64,000 nucleotides of DNA from Candidatus Methanomethylicaceae archaeon GD_Cm_T35_P0_bin.15 (GCA_038801785.1 JAULTD010000001.1:41069-105068); one strand, 5' to 3'; positions 9,005 to 19,084 are shown, counted from the first letter of the stretch. Notes: generated by a model not told the origin, from the sequence alone. Made by a program: numbers and translations.

Positions 9005-10030
9005 ATGAAACTGATGGTAGCAGATGACTCGGCACTGATGAGGAGGATGCTGGCGGACTGGTTCGCCTCCAGTGGCGATTTTGAAGTCCATTTTGTTAAA
9101 AACGGCAGGGAGGCGGTAGATCTAGCCCCCACTTTGAGGCCGGATGTGGCGATACTTGACGTTAATATGCCAGTCATGGACGGAGTGTCTGCGCTGAGGG
9201 AGCTGGTAAAACTAGGGATACCATGTATCATGTTCAGTTCCCTGACGACTGCAGACTCCAGAGTGACCATGGAGGCGCTGGATATAGGCGCCTTCGATTT
9301 TGTCCCAAAGCCCAGCGGAACAGGATCGTCCGAGATGGCGGAGATCAAAACAGAGATTCTGAAAAAGGTCGTTCTGGCCGCAAGGAGCAGGAGGATCCCC
9401 CTCGGCGTCCATCCAAAAGCGGGGTCCGCCCTTCCGCCCGCAGAGGAGGTCCCGGCGGAGGCCGCTTTCCTGATAGCGGCCTCGACCGGCGGGCCATCCG
9501 TCATCAAGTCGATGATCCAGAGTTTATCTCCCCCGCTCGGCGCTGCCGTCCTTATAGTCCAGCACCTTCCCCCTTTTTTTACGAAGGCGTTTGCCGAACA
9601 CTTGGCGGCTCATTCAAGGGTGCCTGTCAAGGAGGCGACGAATGGTGAGTGCATATACGAAGACCGGGTCTACCTGGCGCCGGGGGAGTGGCATATGGAG
9701 GTCTCGGGTAGCGCGCGGCCAGTAATCGCACTCAACCGGGGCCCCAAGATCAACTATGTCCGACCATCTGCCGATCCCTTATTCGTCTCTGCCGCCAGGT
9801 ATTTCGGATCAAGGACCCTTGCGGCGGTGTTGACCGGTATGGGTAACGACGGCACTAGGGGCGCGATCGCCGTAAAAGCTGCAGGAGGATACGTCGTAGC
9901 CCAGGACGAGGCCACCAGCGCAGTCTATGGTATGCCGAAGGGGGTCAAGGACGCTGGCGCCGCAGACGAGGTGCTCTCCGCGGAGGGGCTCATCACGAGG
10001 TTACCGGTATTGCTCCAGAGGCTCAGGTGA
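9005..10030 (+). CDS. cheB: Chemotaxis response regulator protein-glutamate methylesterase
   Basis: N-terminal receiver (MKLMVADDSALMRR, LDVNMP). C-terminal esterase with AASTGGP and GMGNDG motifs. Confidence 0.95.
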   Translation: MKLMVADDSALMRRMLADWFASSGDFEVHFVKNGREAVDLAPTLRPDVAILDVNMPVMDGVSALRELVKLGIPCIMFSSLTTADSRVTMEALDIGAFDFVPKPSGTGSSEMAEIKTEILKKVVLAARSRRIPLGVHPKAGSALPPAEEVPAEAAFLIAASTGGPSVIKSMIQSLSPPLGAAVLIVQHLPPFFTKAFAEHLAAHSRVPVKEATNGECIYEDRVYLAPGEWHMEVSGSARPVIALNRGPKINYVRPSADPLFVSAARYFGSRTLAAVLTGMGNDGTRGAIAVKAAGGYVVAQDEATSAVYGMPKGVKDAGAADEVLSAEGLITRLPVLLQRLR

Positions 10031-10039
10031 GTGCACCCG

Positions 10040-10226
10040 GAGTTTAAACCGACTATTTATTTTAGTTTATAAATATAAACCAATAAGTATATAATTTATT
10101 TCATTATTTAAAACATAATTTTCGCAGATCCACGGCTTTATGTTCGGTTTTAAAACGTCATTTGGTCGCCTATCATGCTTTGCCTTAAAATCAACTTGGA
10201 TGCGACCTAGTCCAAGGCGTATAAAA
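10040..10226 (+). promoter_or_regulatory. AT-rich promoter/leader region of the archaellin gene
   Basis: tttataaatataaacc TATA-like elements lie between the cheB stop and the arlB ATG. Confidence 0.4.
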
Positions 10227-10889
10227 ATGCGGACTCTACGACTGAACAAGAAAGGAATGACCGGCATCGAAACAGCCATCATCGTCATTGCGTTCGTCAT
10301 CGCAGCATCGGTCTTTGCCTTCGCCATCCTCAACATGGGCCTGCTGACAACGTCCAAGGCGCAGGAAGCGATTGTCTCTGGAGTCTCTCAAGCGCAGTCG
10401 TCTATGAAGATCACGTCGGTGTACGCATACTCTGACTCTACTGGCGCAGACGCCCGCGCGAATGGCATCGTCATGATTGTGCAGCCGTCTGGAACTGCCA
10501 GCGTGGACTTTGGCCACAGTAGAACGGCGATCTCCTACAAGAATGAGAACGTCTCCATAGCCGATGTATACACGCAAGACAACTTCTTGACTGAGGCGGT
10601 CTTTTCGGCCAATTTCAGCCACAGCTTTACCAATCTGGCGACAGACCCCGTTACGTATGCAGAGAAGTGCTGGATAATAGAGATCCAGGGAGACGGCAAC
10701 AAGATCCTTGACGGCGGGGAGATATTCGCGGTGTACATGAACCTCACCAACATCGATGCGACCTACGGAGAGTTGCCAATCTACAAGCAGTTCACTACCG
10801 AGATCGTCCCAGGCCAGGGCTCGAAGCTCACCTTCTCAGGTACGATGCCGTCGACCATAGATCGTGTGATGGTGCTCACCGGTTACTAA
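10227..10889 (+). CDS. arlB: Archaellin (archaeal flagellin)
   Basis: Class III signal peptide and archaellin N-terminus MRTLRLNKKGMTGIETAIIVIAFVIAASVFAFAIL. The ORF-track start at 10140 would add an implausible 29-aa leader. Confidence 0.9.
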   Translation: MRTLRLNKKGMTGIETAIIVIAFVIAASVFAFAILNMGLLTTSKAQEAIVSGVSQAQSSMKITSVYAYSDSTGADARANGIVMIVQPSGTASVDFGHSRTAISYKNENVSIADVYTQDNFLTEAVFSANFSHSFTNLATDPVTYAEKCWIIEIQGDGNKILDGGEIFAVYMNLTNIDATYGELPIYKQFTTEIVPGQGSKLTFSGTMPSTIDRVMVLTGY

Positions 10890-10927
10890 ACTTTCTTTCT
10901 TTCTTTTTTTTTCTTTTTATTATTTTC
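10890..10927 (+). terminator. Oligo-T/pyrimidine tract after arlB (archaeal-type terminator)
   Basis: ctttctttctttctttttttttctttttattatttt lies directly after the TAA stop. Confidence 0.5.
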
Positions 10928-11384
10928 ACTTCAATTACGGTTACAATAATTTTTTAGTTATACGTTTAACCGCAAGTTACATCCCTGAGCAGGCTGCCTT
11001 CCCCTCGGGCGTACATGCCAATAACGTAGGCACATGTTTTCAGCAATTTATGCCCCGGGGAGGTTGAAAGCAGGGTCAGTGTGCCCTTTCAACAACCCCG
11101 TCTTCTAAAACAGATAAGCTTGAGTTCGACCTGATGGCCATGAAGACCTGATGGCTATGGAGTCACCCGAAACGGCATAGGGGATTCTTTGGATAATTTT
11201 AACCGTGAATTATTTTTGCGGCCAATAGTGTTGATGCTTTCCCTCTCTCAGTTTAACCAGTCATACCGCAACGGGTTTCCGGATACCACAGTTGCCAGTC
11301 ATATTGACAGTGATGGCTAGTCGCCGCAAATCCCCTCATTTAAAGGTTAAGCATGGCTAACGGATCATGGGAAACTGAAGGTGG

Positions 11385-12404
11385 ATGAAACGGGACGCCA
11401 CCATCAGTAATGCTGATCGAGGTATGGAAATGGCCTTGCTGAAAGAAGAAGGCGAAGACCTGGACATGAAGGTCGTTACTCTAGAAGAGAGGACCAACAA
11501 GCTGGAGAACGTAGTAAGCGAGATCTCAAAGGAAGTGCGCACGGTCCTTTCGGATGTCAGAGGCACCATAACCGAGCTGGACAACCCTATGAACTTCCTG
11601 AAGGGGTTGGGGATAGACGAGGTCATGCTCTCAATGGCCGAGAACATCACTGAGAGCAAACTCAAGGAGTTCATGGAGAAGAGGCTTGAGGCGCTGACCA
11701 AGACTGTCGTGGAGGGGAAGTTGAGGGAGCTGGTAGACCAGCTCATAAAGAAGTTCGTTGACGAGCAGATAGGCGCGATAATAGAGGGGAAGATCAAAGA
11801 GCTGAGGGAGAAAGGCATCCTGAACGTCCCCATCGACCCCAATGAGCTGAAGAAGGCCCTGGATGAAAAGCTCTCGGAGGTCATCAAACTTGATGATATC
11901 AAAACGGCTCTAAGAGAGGAGCTATTGAAGATGATCAAACCGGAGCTGGAAGGGCATCTGAAGGCGGAGATAGAGGCGCTAAGGCAGAGCCTACCGGAGA
12001 CGCTTTCCAATAGCACTAACACAGCGCCGGCCTTGGAGCAGGGCCTCCCGAAGGGGGCATGCACACCGGCAGGGGCTAAAACAGTCGCCGGAATCGTCGG
12101 TCTTACGGCATGCGCGGGGGCATTAATGCGGTTGTCGGGCCGCAGGGGATCGGAGCGCGTCATAGACGATTATTACAAGAGGGGGTTGATCCCGGATGAG
12201 GCAAGATCGGCCCTTTTGCGTCTGATATCGATAATAACGACTAAAGATCTCCCGGACGAGAGGGAGATTGGGATAGACGACCAGATAATGATAACATACC
12301 TGTTCGATAAGCTGACCGATGGGGGCTCCGACACCGACTTCTTGATAACGCTCATGTTGTTGAACAGGGCATCACATTACCCCTTCGAAGCCAGACTCGG
12401 CTAG
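11385..12404 (+). CDS. Coiled-coil archaellum accessory protein (ArlC/D/E-like by position and composition)
   Basis: Long E/K/L heptad-rich region and a globular C-terminus. It sits between arlB and arlF, where arlC/D/E are found in euryarchaeal operons. No diagnostic motif recognised. Confidence 0.45.
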   Translation: MKRDATISNADRGMEMALLKEEGEDLDMKVVTLEERTNKLENVVSEISKEVRTVLSDVRGTITELDNPMNFLKGLGIDEVMLSMAENITESKLKEFMEKRLEALTKTVVEGKLRELVDQLIKKFVDEQIGAIIEGKIKELREKGILNVPIDPNELKKALDEKLSEVIKLDDIKTALREELLKMIKPELEGHLKAEIEALRQSLPETLSNSTNTAPALEQGLPKGACTPAGAKTVAGIVGLTACAGALMRLSGRRGSERVIDDYYKRGLIPDEARSALLRLISIITTKDLPDEREIGIDDQIMITYLFDKLTDGGSDTDFLITLMLLNRASHYPFEARLG

Positions 12405-12418
12405 TTCGGACCGGGTGG

Positions 12419-12904
12419 TTGCCAATGCAGAGCGTCTTGAGCGAGTCAATCCTTACCATCGCAGTCGTATTTGCGTCCGTAACAGCGGCGGCGGTATTCA
12501 TGCAGAACACGGCCCAGTTCAACTCGATCCAGCTCTCGACAGCTGAGAGCGCTAGGGAGAGCATCATGACCGCCCTGAGAGTCACGTTCGCCTCAAACTC
12601 GAGCAGTACTGCGAAGGTCTGGGTAAAGAATGTAGGACAGTCTTCCATCCTGTCTGGAGATGTAGCCCACTTTGATCTCTACTTTGGACCTGTAGGCAAC
12701 TTCAGCCGCATTCCATACAACCAGATCAGCACTCCCACCTGGAATTACACGATGGCTATGGATTCGGATGGAGATATCAGATTTGACCCGGGCGAGACGA
12801 TCGAGATCACCATCTACCATTCATACGTGTTACCGGCCGGTGATTACTACCTCAGGATTACCACTCACAACGGCATAAGTTACGACCACTACTTCACGGT
12901 GTAG
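12419..12904 (+). CDS. arlF: Archaellum stator-associated protein ArlF (FlaF)
   Basis: Archaellin-like hydrophobic N-terminus SILTIAVVFASVTAAAVF plus a beta-rich domain. Operon position. Start is TTG 12419 or ATG 12425. Confidence 0.7.
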   Translation: MPMQSVLSESILTIAVVFASVTAAAVFMQNTAQFNSIQLSTAESARESIMTALRVTFASNSSSTAKVWVKNVGQSSILSGDVAHFDLYFGPVGNFSRIPYNQISTPTWNYTMAMDSDGDIRFDPGETIEITIYHSYVLPAGDYYLRITTHNGISYDHYFTV

Positions 12905-13423
12905 GTGCTGGAAATGGCCGGGTTTGGGAGCGTATTCGCGATAACATTGGTGAGCCTGATGTTTACCCTTGCCTTCAGCGGGATCATGGGAGCCATGACG
13001 AACACTGTCGCGCTGATGTCATCGCAGAAGCAGAACCCTTCCTCGGTATCGGTATCCTCCGGAGTGACGAATGGTACGAACACCTTCTTGGTGAACGTGA
13101 CGCTGGCAGGGCAGAACCATATCAGGGTCAGTCAGATCCGATTCTCTGACGTATTCGTAGCATACGTATCCGACGGTGTGAGGCGGGTCTTCCTTGTCCC
13201 GTACGGCAGCGCCGCGGACAGCTGGCACATTCAACGCGTCTTCGTTGGTAACCGGGAGGGGGACCTCTGCAACCCCATAGATGTGGGTGCGGGCACAGGC
13301 ATCTGGGATCCGGGCGAGACGATCGAGCTTAACATAACCGTGTCCATGCCCATCGATCTCTCCGCGGGATGGTACTTTTCCATGACGTTAGCAGATGGTG
13401 GTGGATGTGAGAGTGCCTTCTGA
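12905..13423 (+). CDS. arlG: Archaellum protein ArlG (FlaG)
   Basis: Hydrophobic N-terminus FGSVFAITLVSLMFTLAF. Shares the DPGETIE motif with ArlF. Operon position. Start is GTG 12905 or ATG 12914. Confidence 0.7.
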   Translation: MLEMAGFGSVFAITLVSLMFTLAFSGIMGAMTNTVALMSSQKQNPSSVSVSSGVTNGTNTFLVNVTLAGQNHIRVSQIRFSDVFVAYVSDGVRRVFLVPYGSAADSWHIQRVFVGNREGDLCNPIDVGAGTGIWDPGETIELNITVSMPIDLSAGWYFSMTLADGGGCESAF

Positions 13424-13495
13424 GCGCTATAGGGCGGCTATTTTGCTGGCCGGATGCTGCAGGAGAGTTGACAAGACCTCAGAGGTTGTTGCGAT

Positions 13496-14218
13496 ATGCC
13501 GAAACAGGGCGTGAAGGCGTCGATCATACACCTCGGCAATGGCGAACTGGACAGGCTCACCGGAGGGATACCGTTGCCCTCCCTTACCCTCATAGAGGGC
13601 GAGAACGATACGGGCAAGAGCGTTTTTGCACAGGACGTGGCTTGGGGGGCACTGGCCTCTGGCTTCTCCGTAAGGTATATCACGACGGAGATGACCGTGA
13701 AGACGCTCGTCCAGCAGATGGAGAGCCTGGCAGCTTACGTGACGCCCTATTTTGTCAACGGTAATTTCAAGATCACTGCCTTTCATTCCAAAGGGATAAA
13801 CTGGGACAACGAGGTTGCCTCCAGCTACCTGACCGTGATGCTAAATTTCATCAGGAAGAAGGGCGATGCGGACGTAATAATCTTTGATTCACTGACGTAT
13901 ATCGCGACCCATTCCTCCCATAACGATCTACTGAACTTCCTCTCGGGTCTCCGGAACTTTGTTGACCAGAGGGAACGCGTCGTCTTGGTGAACATCCATC
14001 CTTTCGCCTTTGATTCCAACCTCCTCATACGGATAAGGTCCATCTGCGACGGCCATATAGTCTTCAAGGTCAGGACGCTCCCGAGCAACGAGATGGCGCG
14101 GAGCCTGGAGATAATGAAGCTGAGGGGGGCAGCAAAGGCAACCAACAATGCCGCGACCTTCAAAGTTGAGCCTGAGATCGGAATCAGGGTTCTGCCGTTT
14201 ACGCAGGTGAAGGCCTGA
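13496..14218 (+). CDS. arlH: Archaellum RecA/KaiC-like ATP-binding protein ArlH (FlaH)
   Basis: LDRLTGGIPLPSLTLIEGENDTGKS (Walker A). About 240 aa. Immediately precedes arlI. Confidence 0.9.
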   Translation: MPKQGVKASIIHLGNGELDRLTGGIPLPSLTLIEGENDTGKSVFAQDVAWGALASGFSVRYITTEMTVKTLVQQMESLAAYVTPYFVNGNFKITAFHSKGINWDNEVASSYLTVMLNFIRKKGDADVIIFDSLTYIATHSSHNDLLNFLSGLRNFVDQRERVVLVNIHPFAFDSNLLIRIRSICDGHIVFKVRTLPSNEMARSLEIMKLRGAAKATNNAATFKVEPEIGIRVLPFTQVKA

Positions 14219-14243
14219 TCGAGCCAATCGGCTGGGATGCATC

Positions 14244-16040
14244 ATGGCGCACATATCACCATCACCGGGCGGGGGGGTGCTCCATAGCCCAATCCCTGTG
14301 GGTAGGACGGCTCTCGGCACGGGCTCGGCATCGAGCAAGTGCTCACTATCCTCGACTTTCGGGAGGGCTTATGAGGAGTTTGTGACAAAGGCGCCCTACC
14401 TCCACGAATATGTCCACAGGGTGGTTGAAGATCCTGCGATGAGCAGCGTACCGCTCCAGTTCAAGACCGCGTTGACGAGGGATCTGGGTCTAGCCAAGAA
14501 GTTCAGCATATTGTACCCGGTAACTGACGAGATATTCATACATACTCATAAGGGCATCCGCGATGCGTATGGAAACTATACGGCGGTAGCTCCGATCCTG
14601 CCTCCTGACAAAAAATATCTTATAAAACGCCTTGAGGAGCTGCTCGCCTCTTCGGTAGACGACCGCCTAGCAGATAAAATCGCTGAGGATCGTGAGTCGA
14701 TACTGAGGAGGCTCTTTGATGCCAAGGTGGAGTCGTCGCCCTCCGTGGGTGAAGTTACAGAGAGTTCCAAGGGCCTTGTGCTTTCCCCCCAACTCTACCA
14801 GCGCCTACGTTACGAGATCCTGACGGACAAGATAGGGATGGGGCCGCTGGAGCCCCTCATCAAAGATCCGTATATAGAAGACATCTCCTGCGATGGTGTC
14901 GGACCGATATTTGTGGAGCACAAGATCTTCGGTTCCCTAAAAACCAGCGTGGAGTTCACCACCCCGCAGGATCTGGACACTTTTGTGATAAGGCTCTGCG
15001 AACGGATAGGGCGGCCGGTCACCCCGAGGCGGCCCATAGTCGACGCCTCATTGCCTGACGGTTCAAGGCTGAACGTCGTCTTCGGTAGCGACGTCAGTCG
15101 CAGGGGAAGCAACTTCACCATCAGGAAATTCGCAAAAGTGCCCATGAGTGTGATGCAGCTTGTAAAGTTCGGGACCCTGAACTCCAAGATGGCCGCTTAT
15201 CTATGGATGATGCTGGAGCACGGCATGTCCATGTTCGTCTGCGGCGAGACCGCTTCTGGGAAGACGACGACGCTCAACGCAATAACAGCTTTCATAAGGC
15301 CCACCGCCAAAGTGATTACGATCGAGGACACCCCCGAGGTATTCATACCGCACCCCAACTGGGTGAGCGAGTGCACCAGGAAAGGCGAGAGCGAGGGCTC
15401 CTCCATCGAGCTCTTCGACCTTCTGAAATCTGCCCTGAGGCAGAGGCCCAACTACATCATCGTCGGGGAGATCAGGGGTAGAGAAGGGAATATCGCCTTC
15501 CAGGCGATACAGACGGGGCACCCCGTCATCTCTACGTTCCATGCTGCATCCATGCAGAAGCTCATACAGAGGATAACGGGGGATCCGATAAACATCCCGC
15601 CGGCCTATGTGGATAACTTGAACCTCGTGGTCTTCCAGAGTAGCGTGAAGAGCCCCAAGACCAACCGTTTCGAGAGGAGGGTGACCGGGATCTGCGAGAT
15701 AATCGGCATAGATCCCGTTGAAAAGTCCTACAACTTTATAGAGATCTTTTCGTGGGACCCGGTAACAGACAAGCACACCTTCAGGGGCATCGGGAACAGC
15801 TACCTCTTGGAGTACAAGATCGCCCCCATGAAAGGGCTGGCTCCAAAGGATGTCCGAAAGATCTACAATGAGCTAGAGCTCAGGACGTATGTAATCGACA
15901 AGCTCGTCCAGATGAATGTCTCAGACTATTACGAGGTCTACGGCGCCATCTCCAAGATCTACGATAATCCGTACGTGGCCGACATGTCCTTCGACAATCT
16001 CGCGATAAAAGCCGTCGACAAAATCCTGAGGGGAGGTTAG
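14244..16040 (+). CDS. arlI: Archaellum motor ATPase ArlI (FlaI), type II/IV secretion NTPase family
   Basis: Walker A GETASGKTTTLNA, IIVGEIRGREG and His-box region GHPVISTFHA. Confidence 0.95.
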   Translation: MAHISPSPGGGVLHSPIPVGRTALGTGSASSKCSLSSTFGRAYEEFVTKAPYLHEYVHRVVEDPAMSSVPLQFKTALTRDLGLAKKFSILYPVTDEIFIHTHKGIRDAYGNYTAVAPILPPDKKYLIKRLEELLASSVDDRLADKIAEDRESILRRLFDAKVESSPSVGEVTESSKGLVLSPQLYQRLRYEILTDKIGMGPLEPLIKDPYIEDISCDGVGPIFVEHKIFGSLKTSVEFTTPQDLDTFVIRLCERIGRPVTPRRPIVDASLPDGSRLNVVFGSDVSRRGSNFTIRKFAKVPMSVMQLVKFGTLNSKMAAYLWMMLEHGMSMFVCGETASGKTTTLNAITAFIRPTAKVITIEDTPEVFIPHPNWVSECTRKGESEGSSIELFDLLKSALRQRPNYIIVGEIRGREGNIAFQAIQTGHPVISTFHAASMQKLIQRITGDPINIPPAYVDNLNLVVFQSSVKSPKTNRFERRVTGICEIIGIDPVEKSYNFIEIFSWDPVTDKHTFRGIGNSYLLEYKIAPMKGLAPKDVRKIYNELELRTYVIDKLVQMNVSDYYEVYGAISKIYDNPYVADMSFDNLAIKAVDKILRGG

Positions 16041-16055
16041 GCATCTGGCACCTTT

Positions 16056-17696
16056 TTGCCCGGAATTCTTGGACGGGAGGCCCGGCGTATGACAGTGGTG
16101 GCTAAAGAACTCCCCGACTGGATGCCTGAAAAGAGCAGGGAGGACCTCAACAAGCTAGAGGCGAAGAAGGTGCAGGAGAGGTTCAAGCCAACCCTCAGAG
16201 ATCGGCTGGCCTCTGTGAGGTATGCCAAGGCGAACAGGCAGACTTGGCACATAATGCCCTTCTTCCTCATGCACCTCCTCTCATGCGCCTATGCCGACGT
16301 CCCCTCCCTCGAACTTGTAAAGTCGAGCAGCAGATCCAATTTCGGCCCGATAACCTCCCTCATGAAAAAGATAGGCTCTCTCGCCGACCTTGGGATAGAG
16401 CTGACGAGGGCCTGCGAGATTACGAGGAAGGAGGCGAGACTTTACTACTTCAGGGACTTTCTCCAGCGGTTTGCGCAGGTATCCAAGCTGGGCGAGGACA
16501 TAATATCCTTCCTCTCAAAGGAGTACAACACCTTCATGATCATGTACACCAGCAACATGGAGCGCTCTCTGGTGAGGTTCAGGAGGTTCTCCGATGCATA
16601 CAGCGCCATACTCTCGTCATCCGTTTTGATAATACTGATAATGATCTTTACGGGCATGCTCTGGGGAGCGGGCTTGGATCTTGTAAACTATGCCCTGCCA
16701 GGCATTATGATCGTGTATTTCGTATTCGCCTACATCTTCTACTCCGGATCACCGCTATTAAAGATCGTCTCGTCGGGCACAAAAACCCCCCGCCTCGCAT
16801 CGCTTATCCGAATAAACGGGCTCGTAACCAAGGCCACCTTAGTGGCATATACCGTGCTCCTGGCCCTGCTCTGCGCCCACGTGATTCCATCGGACATAGG
16901 GATACTGGCGATCTCCCTCACAGGACTGCCTGCCCTGATTACGGGATATCTTGGGCGCCGGCTCTGCAAAAAAATAGAGGAGCTTGATGAGCGTTTCCCT
17001 GACTTTTTGACTATGCTCGCGACGAACCTTTCGACGACAGGCATCTCAATCACTTTCGCGTTCAGGGAGCTCTCAAAACTGGACTTTGGGAGGCTCAGCC
17101 CATACATAAGGCATCTGCGAGCCATGCTGGACCTCGGCCTTGACAAGGAGATAAGCTGGGGCATGCTCCAGAGAGAGACCTCCAGCGAGCTGGTCAGGCT
17201 CCATACAGATGCCTTCAGCACCGCACTCAACTATGGTGCGCTGGCGCGGAATATCGGCCCGATAATAAGCAACTCCTCCCTCTTCGTGCTCACGATGCGG
17301 AGAAGGATAGATGAGACTTCTGCAATGTTGAGGGGGATCGTATTGCCGATGCATCCGATCATGTGTGCCATAATGGGGCTGATTATGGCCATAGTGACCC
17401 AGTTCGTCAGCGTATTCACGCAATACCAGTCTGCCGATCTTCCGATAGCCTTCATAAGCATCATACCAATCCCGCTTATTGAGACGTATATTTACATCCT
17501 GCTTGGCGCGTTGACCATAGTGAACGGCTTTATTGTTCATGAGATCGGCGGAGAGCAGGATTTCACTCTATCCTACTATACAGGCATACTGATCGTAATA
17601 GGCTGGCTCACATACTACCTATCGCTCACCGCGATCTCCGCCTATCTGTACAACATAGGTCTAGGCAATATTTCGGGCATATTGGAGGGCATTTAA
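16056..17696 (+). CDS. arlJ: Archaellum membrane platform protein ArlJ (FlaJ)
   Basis: Polytopic membrane protein with duplicated T2SS-F-like cytoplasmic domains, directly after arlI. An alternative ATG start lies at 16089. Confidence 0.9.
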   Translation: MPGILGREARRMTVVAKELPDWMPEKSREDLNKLEAKKVQERFKPTLRDRLASVRYAKANRQTWHIMPFFLMHLLSCAYADVPSLELVKSSSRSNFGPITSLMKKIGSLADLGIELTRACEITRKEARLYYFRDFLQRFAQVSKLGEDIISFLSKEYNTFMIMYTSNMERSLVRFRRFSDAYSAILSSSVLIILIMIFTGMLWGAGLDLVNYALPGIMIVYFVFAYIFYSGSPLLKIVSSGTKTPRLASLIRINGLVTKATLVAYTVLLALLCAHVIPSDIGILAISLTGLPALITGYLGRRLCKKIEELDERFPDFLTMLATNLSTTGISITFAFRELSKLDFGRLSPYIRHLRAMLDLGLDKEISWGMLQRETSSELVRLHTDAFSTALNYGALARNIGPIISNSSLFVLTMRRRIDETSAMLRGIVLPMHPIMCAIMGLIMAIVTQFVSVFTQYQSADLPIAFISIIPIPLIETYIYILLGALTIVNGFIVHEIGGEQDFTLSYYTGILIVIGWLTYYLSLTAISAYLYNIGLGNISGILEGI

Positions 17697-17937
17697 GCCA
17701 TGAGATTTCCAGTATTGAGGACATGCGGCCTGCCAGGTCAGGTGCTGGCTGCGACCTGTTCAACACCAAAGGGCGGGGGCCATGGCAGGCCATTTAAGAG
17801 GGAATCCTGCCCCGTCGCCATTGGGGCATCCTATAGCGCCAATATCGATGAGAAGGAGCCAACGATTTCCGATTATCGATCAGTCTACCAGACGGCCACA
17901 GGCCCGGTGGCAGGAGGTGAGATGCTTGGAGTTTAAT

Positions 17938-19035
17938 ATGGCACTTATGAACCTCATCCCACTCGTGGTGCTTGTAGCCCTGATATGCTGCACGGGGGTA
18001 GTGGTCCTGATATTCTTCGACCTGGTTAGGGCAAAGCAGGGGCCCAAGTGCTCAGCGCCGCCTTCGCCCCTGCAGGCGCAGTACCAAGCGCAGCACCCGG
18101 ATCCACTATCGCCGCAGCATCAGTCCCCGGACGGGGCAGAGACCGGCAGCGGGACCGGCATGGCGGGTTCGGCGGAGGCGGGCCTTCAGACCGGGGTGCT
18201 ATCATCGGTCGCGCTAAAGCTGGGGGTGATAAAGGGTGCGGCCAGATCCGGAACCTCTAAGGGCGGAGACGGAACCACATCGAAGGACGCGGGGGCAGCA
18301 GACAGAGGAGGCCCTGTAACAGAAAAGGACTCGCTGGCGGGTCAGGAGAGGAGGGCGTTGCCAGCGGCACCTCCACCTCAACCAACGCAGACGGAAAACC
18401 CCGACCCGACTGCGCCGGCAGTCCCCCCAGATCTCTCGGGCAGAATGGGCGCGGGGGGATCATCCCCGCAGCCTACTGGCAGACGAGACGGCACGATCAC
18501 CCCATCGTCCGAAGCGCCTTCTTCCAAAGTCCCAGAGGGCGGGGCGAAGAACGCCGAGCCCAGTGCGCAGCCGGAGGCAGATACCAGCATAAAGACCAAG
18601 TCCCTGACGGGATCCGAGATACGTTCGATTGTGGAGAGGAAAAACGCGGGCAATGCCGATACCGAGGAAAAACGTAGCAGAGGATCGAAGGCAGGCGTTC
18701 TTGGTGCAGACAATGTCATGGATCTCCTGGGCGCTGCTCCTCAGCAGGAGGCCCCTCAAACAGTTCGCGCGGAGGAAGACGATTCCAAGAAGAGTTCATC
18801 GGTCTTCGTCGATATCCCAGAACACCTGATTGCCAGCGCAGAAAAGAGCTCCGAGAGCACCCCTGCGACACTATTCATGAGCTCCGCCACAGATATCCTC
18901 CAGAAAGCTGACGCTGCTGTGGTGGCAAAGGAGTTGCCAAAGTACGTCGGTGAGCTGAAGACTTCCCTGATCACACTGAGAGCCACTCTGCAGAGGCTAA
19001 AGGGACCCGATGAGGAGAAGACGACGCCTCCATAG
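17938..19035 (+). CDS. Single-pass membrane protein with long Pro/Ala/Gly/Ser-rich low-complexity region; unknown function
   Basis: MALMNLIPLVVLVALICCTGVVVLIFF (TM), then about 270 aa of P/A/G/S/T/E-rich sequence, then a helical C-terminus (LPKYVGELKTSLITLRATLQRL). The ORF-track start at 17782 adds an unlikely basic leader. Confidence 0.55.
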   Translation: MALMNLIPLVVLVALICCTGVVVLIFFDLVRAKQGPKCSAPPSPLQAQYQAQHPDPLSPQHQSPDGAETGSGTGMAGSAEAGLQTGVLSSVALKLGVIKGAARSGTSKGGDGTTSKDAGAADRGGPVTEKDSLAGQERRALPAAPPPQPTQTENPDPTAPAVPPDLSGRMGAGGSSPQPTGRRDGTITPSSEAPSSKVPEGGAKNAEPSAQPEADTSIKTKSLTGSEIRSIVERKNAGNADTEEKRSRGSKAGVLGADNVMDLLGAAPQQEAPQTVRAEEDDSKKSSSVFVDIPEHLIASAEKSSESTPATLFMSSATDILQKADAAVVAKELPKYVGELKTSLITLRATLQRLKGPDEEKTTPP

Positions 19036-19065
19036 ACAGCATTACCTCGCCGCGCCCGTCTCATT

Positions 19066-19084
19066 AGATCGCCGGCTGGTCGCC
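19066..19084 (+). promoter_or_regulatory. Copy 1 of a 19-nt intergenic motif AGATCGCCGGYTGGTCGCC
   Basis: agatcgccggctggtcgcc lies upstream of cheW. Its second copy, with 1 mismatch, is at 22162-22180. Confidence 0.35.

Noticed and set aside
8899-9507. 202-aa minus-strand ORF overlapping cheB
   Set aside because: The cheB reading frame has clear receiver motifs. The antisense product is low-complexity, and G+C-rich genomes generate long spurious ORFs.
10140-10226. Upstream extension of the archaellin ORF (and a similar one at 17782-17937 for the Pro-rich protein)
   Set aside because: The extensions encode basic, non-protein-like leaders. Archaellins begin a few residues before the KKG/M-T-G cleavage region, so internal ATGs fit much better.
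11357-12163. 268-aa ORF antisense to the arlC/D/E-like gene
   Set aside because: Its Ser/Leu/Phe-rich translation is the mirror image of an E/K/L-rich coiled-coil gene on the other strand. This is a typical shadow ORF.
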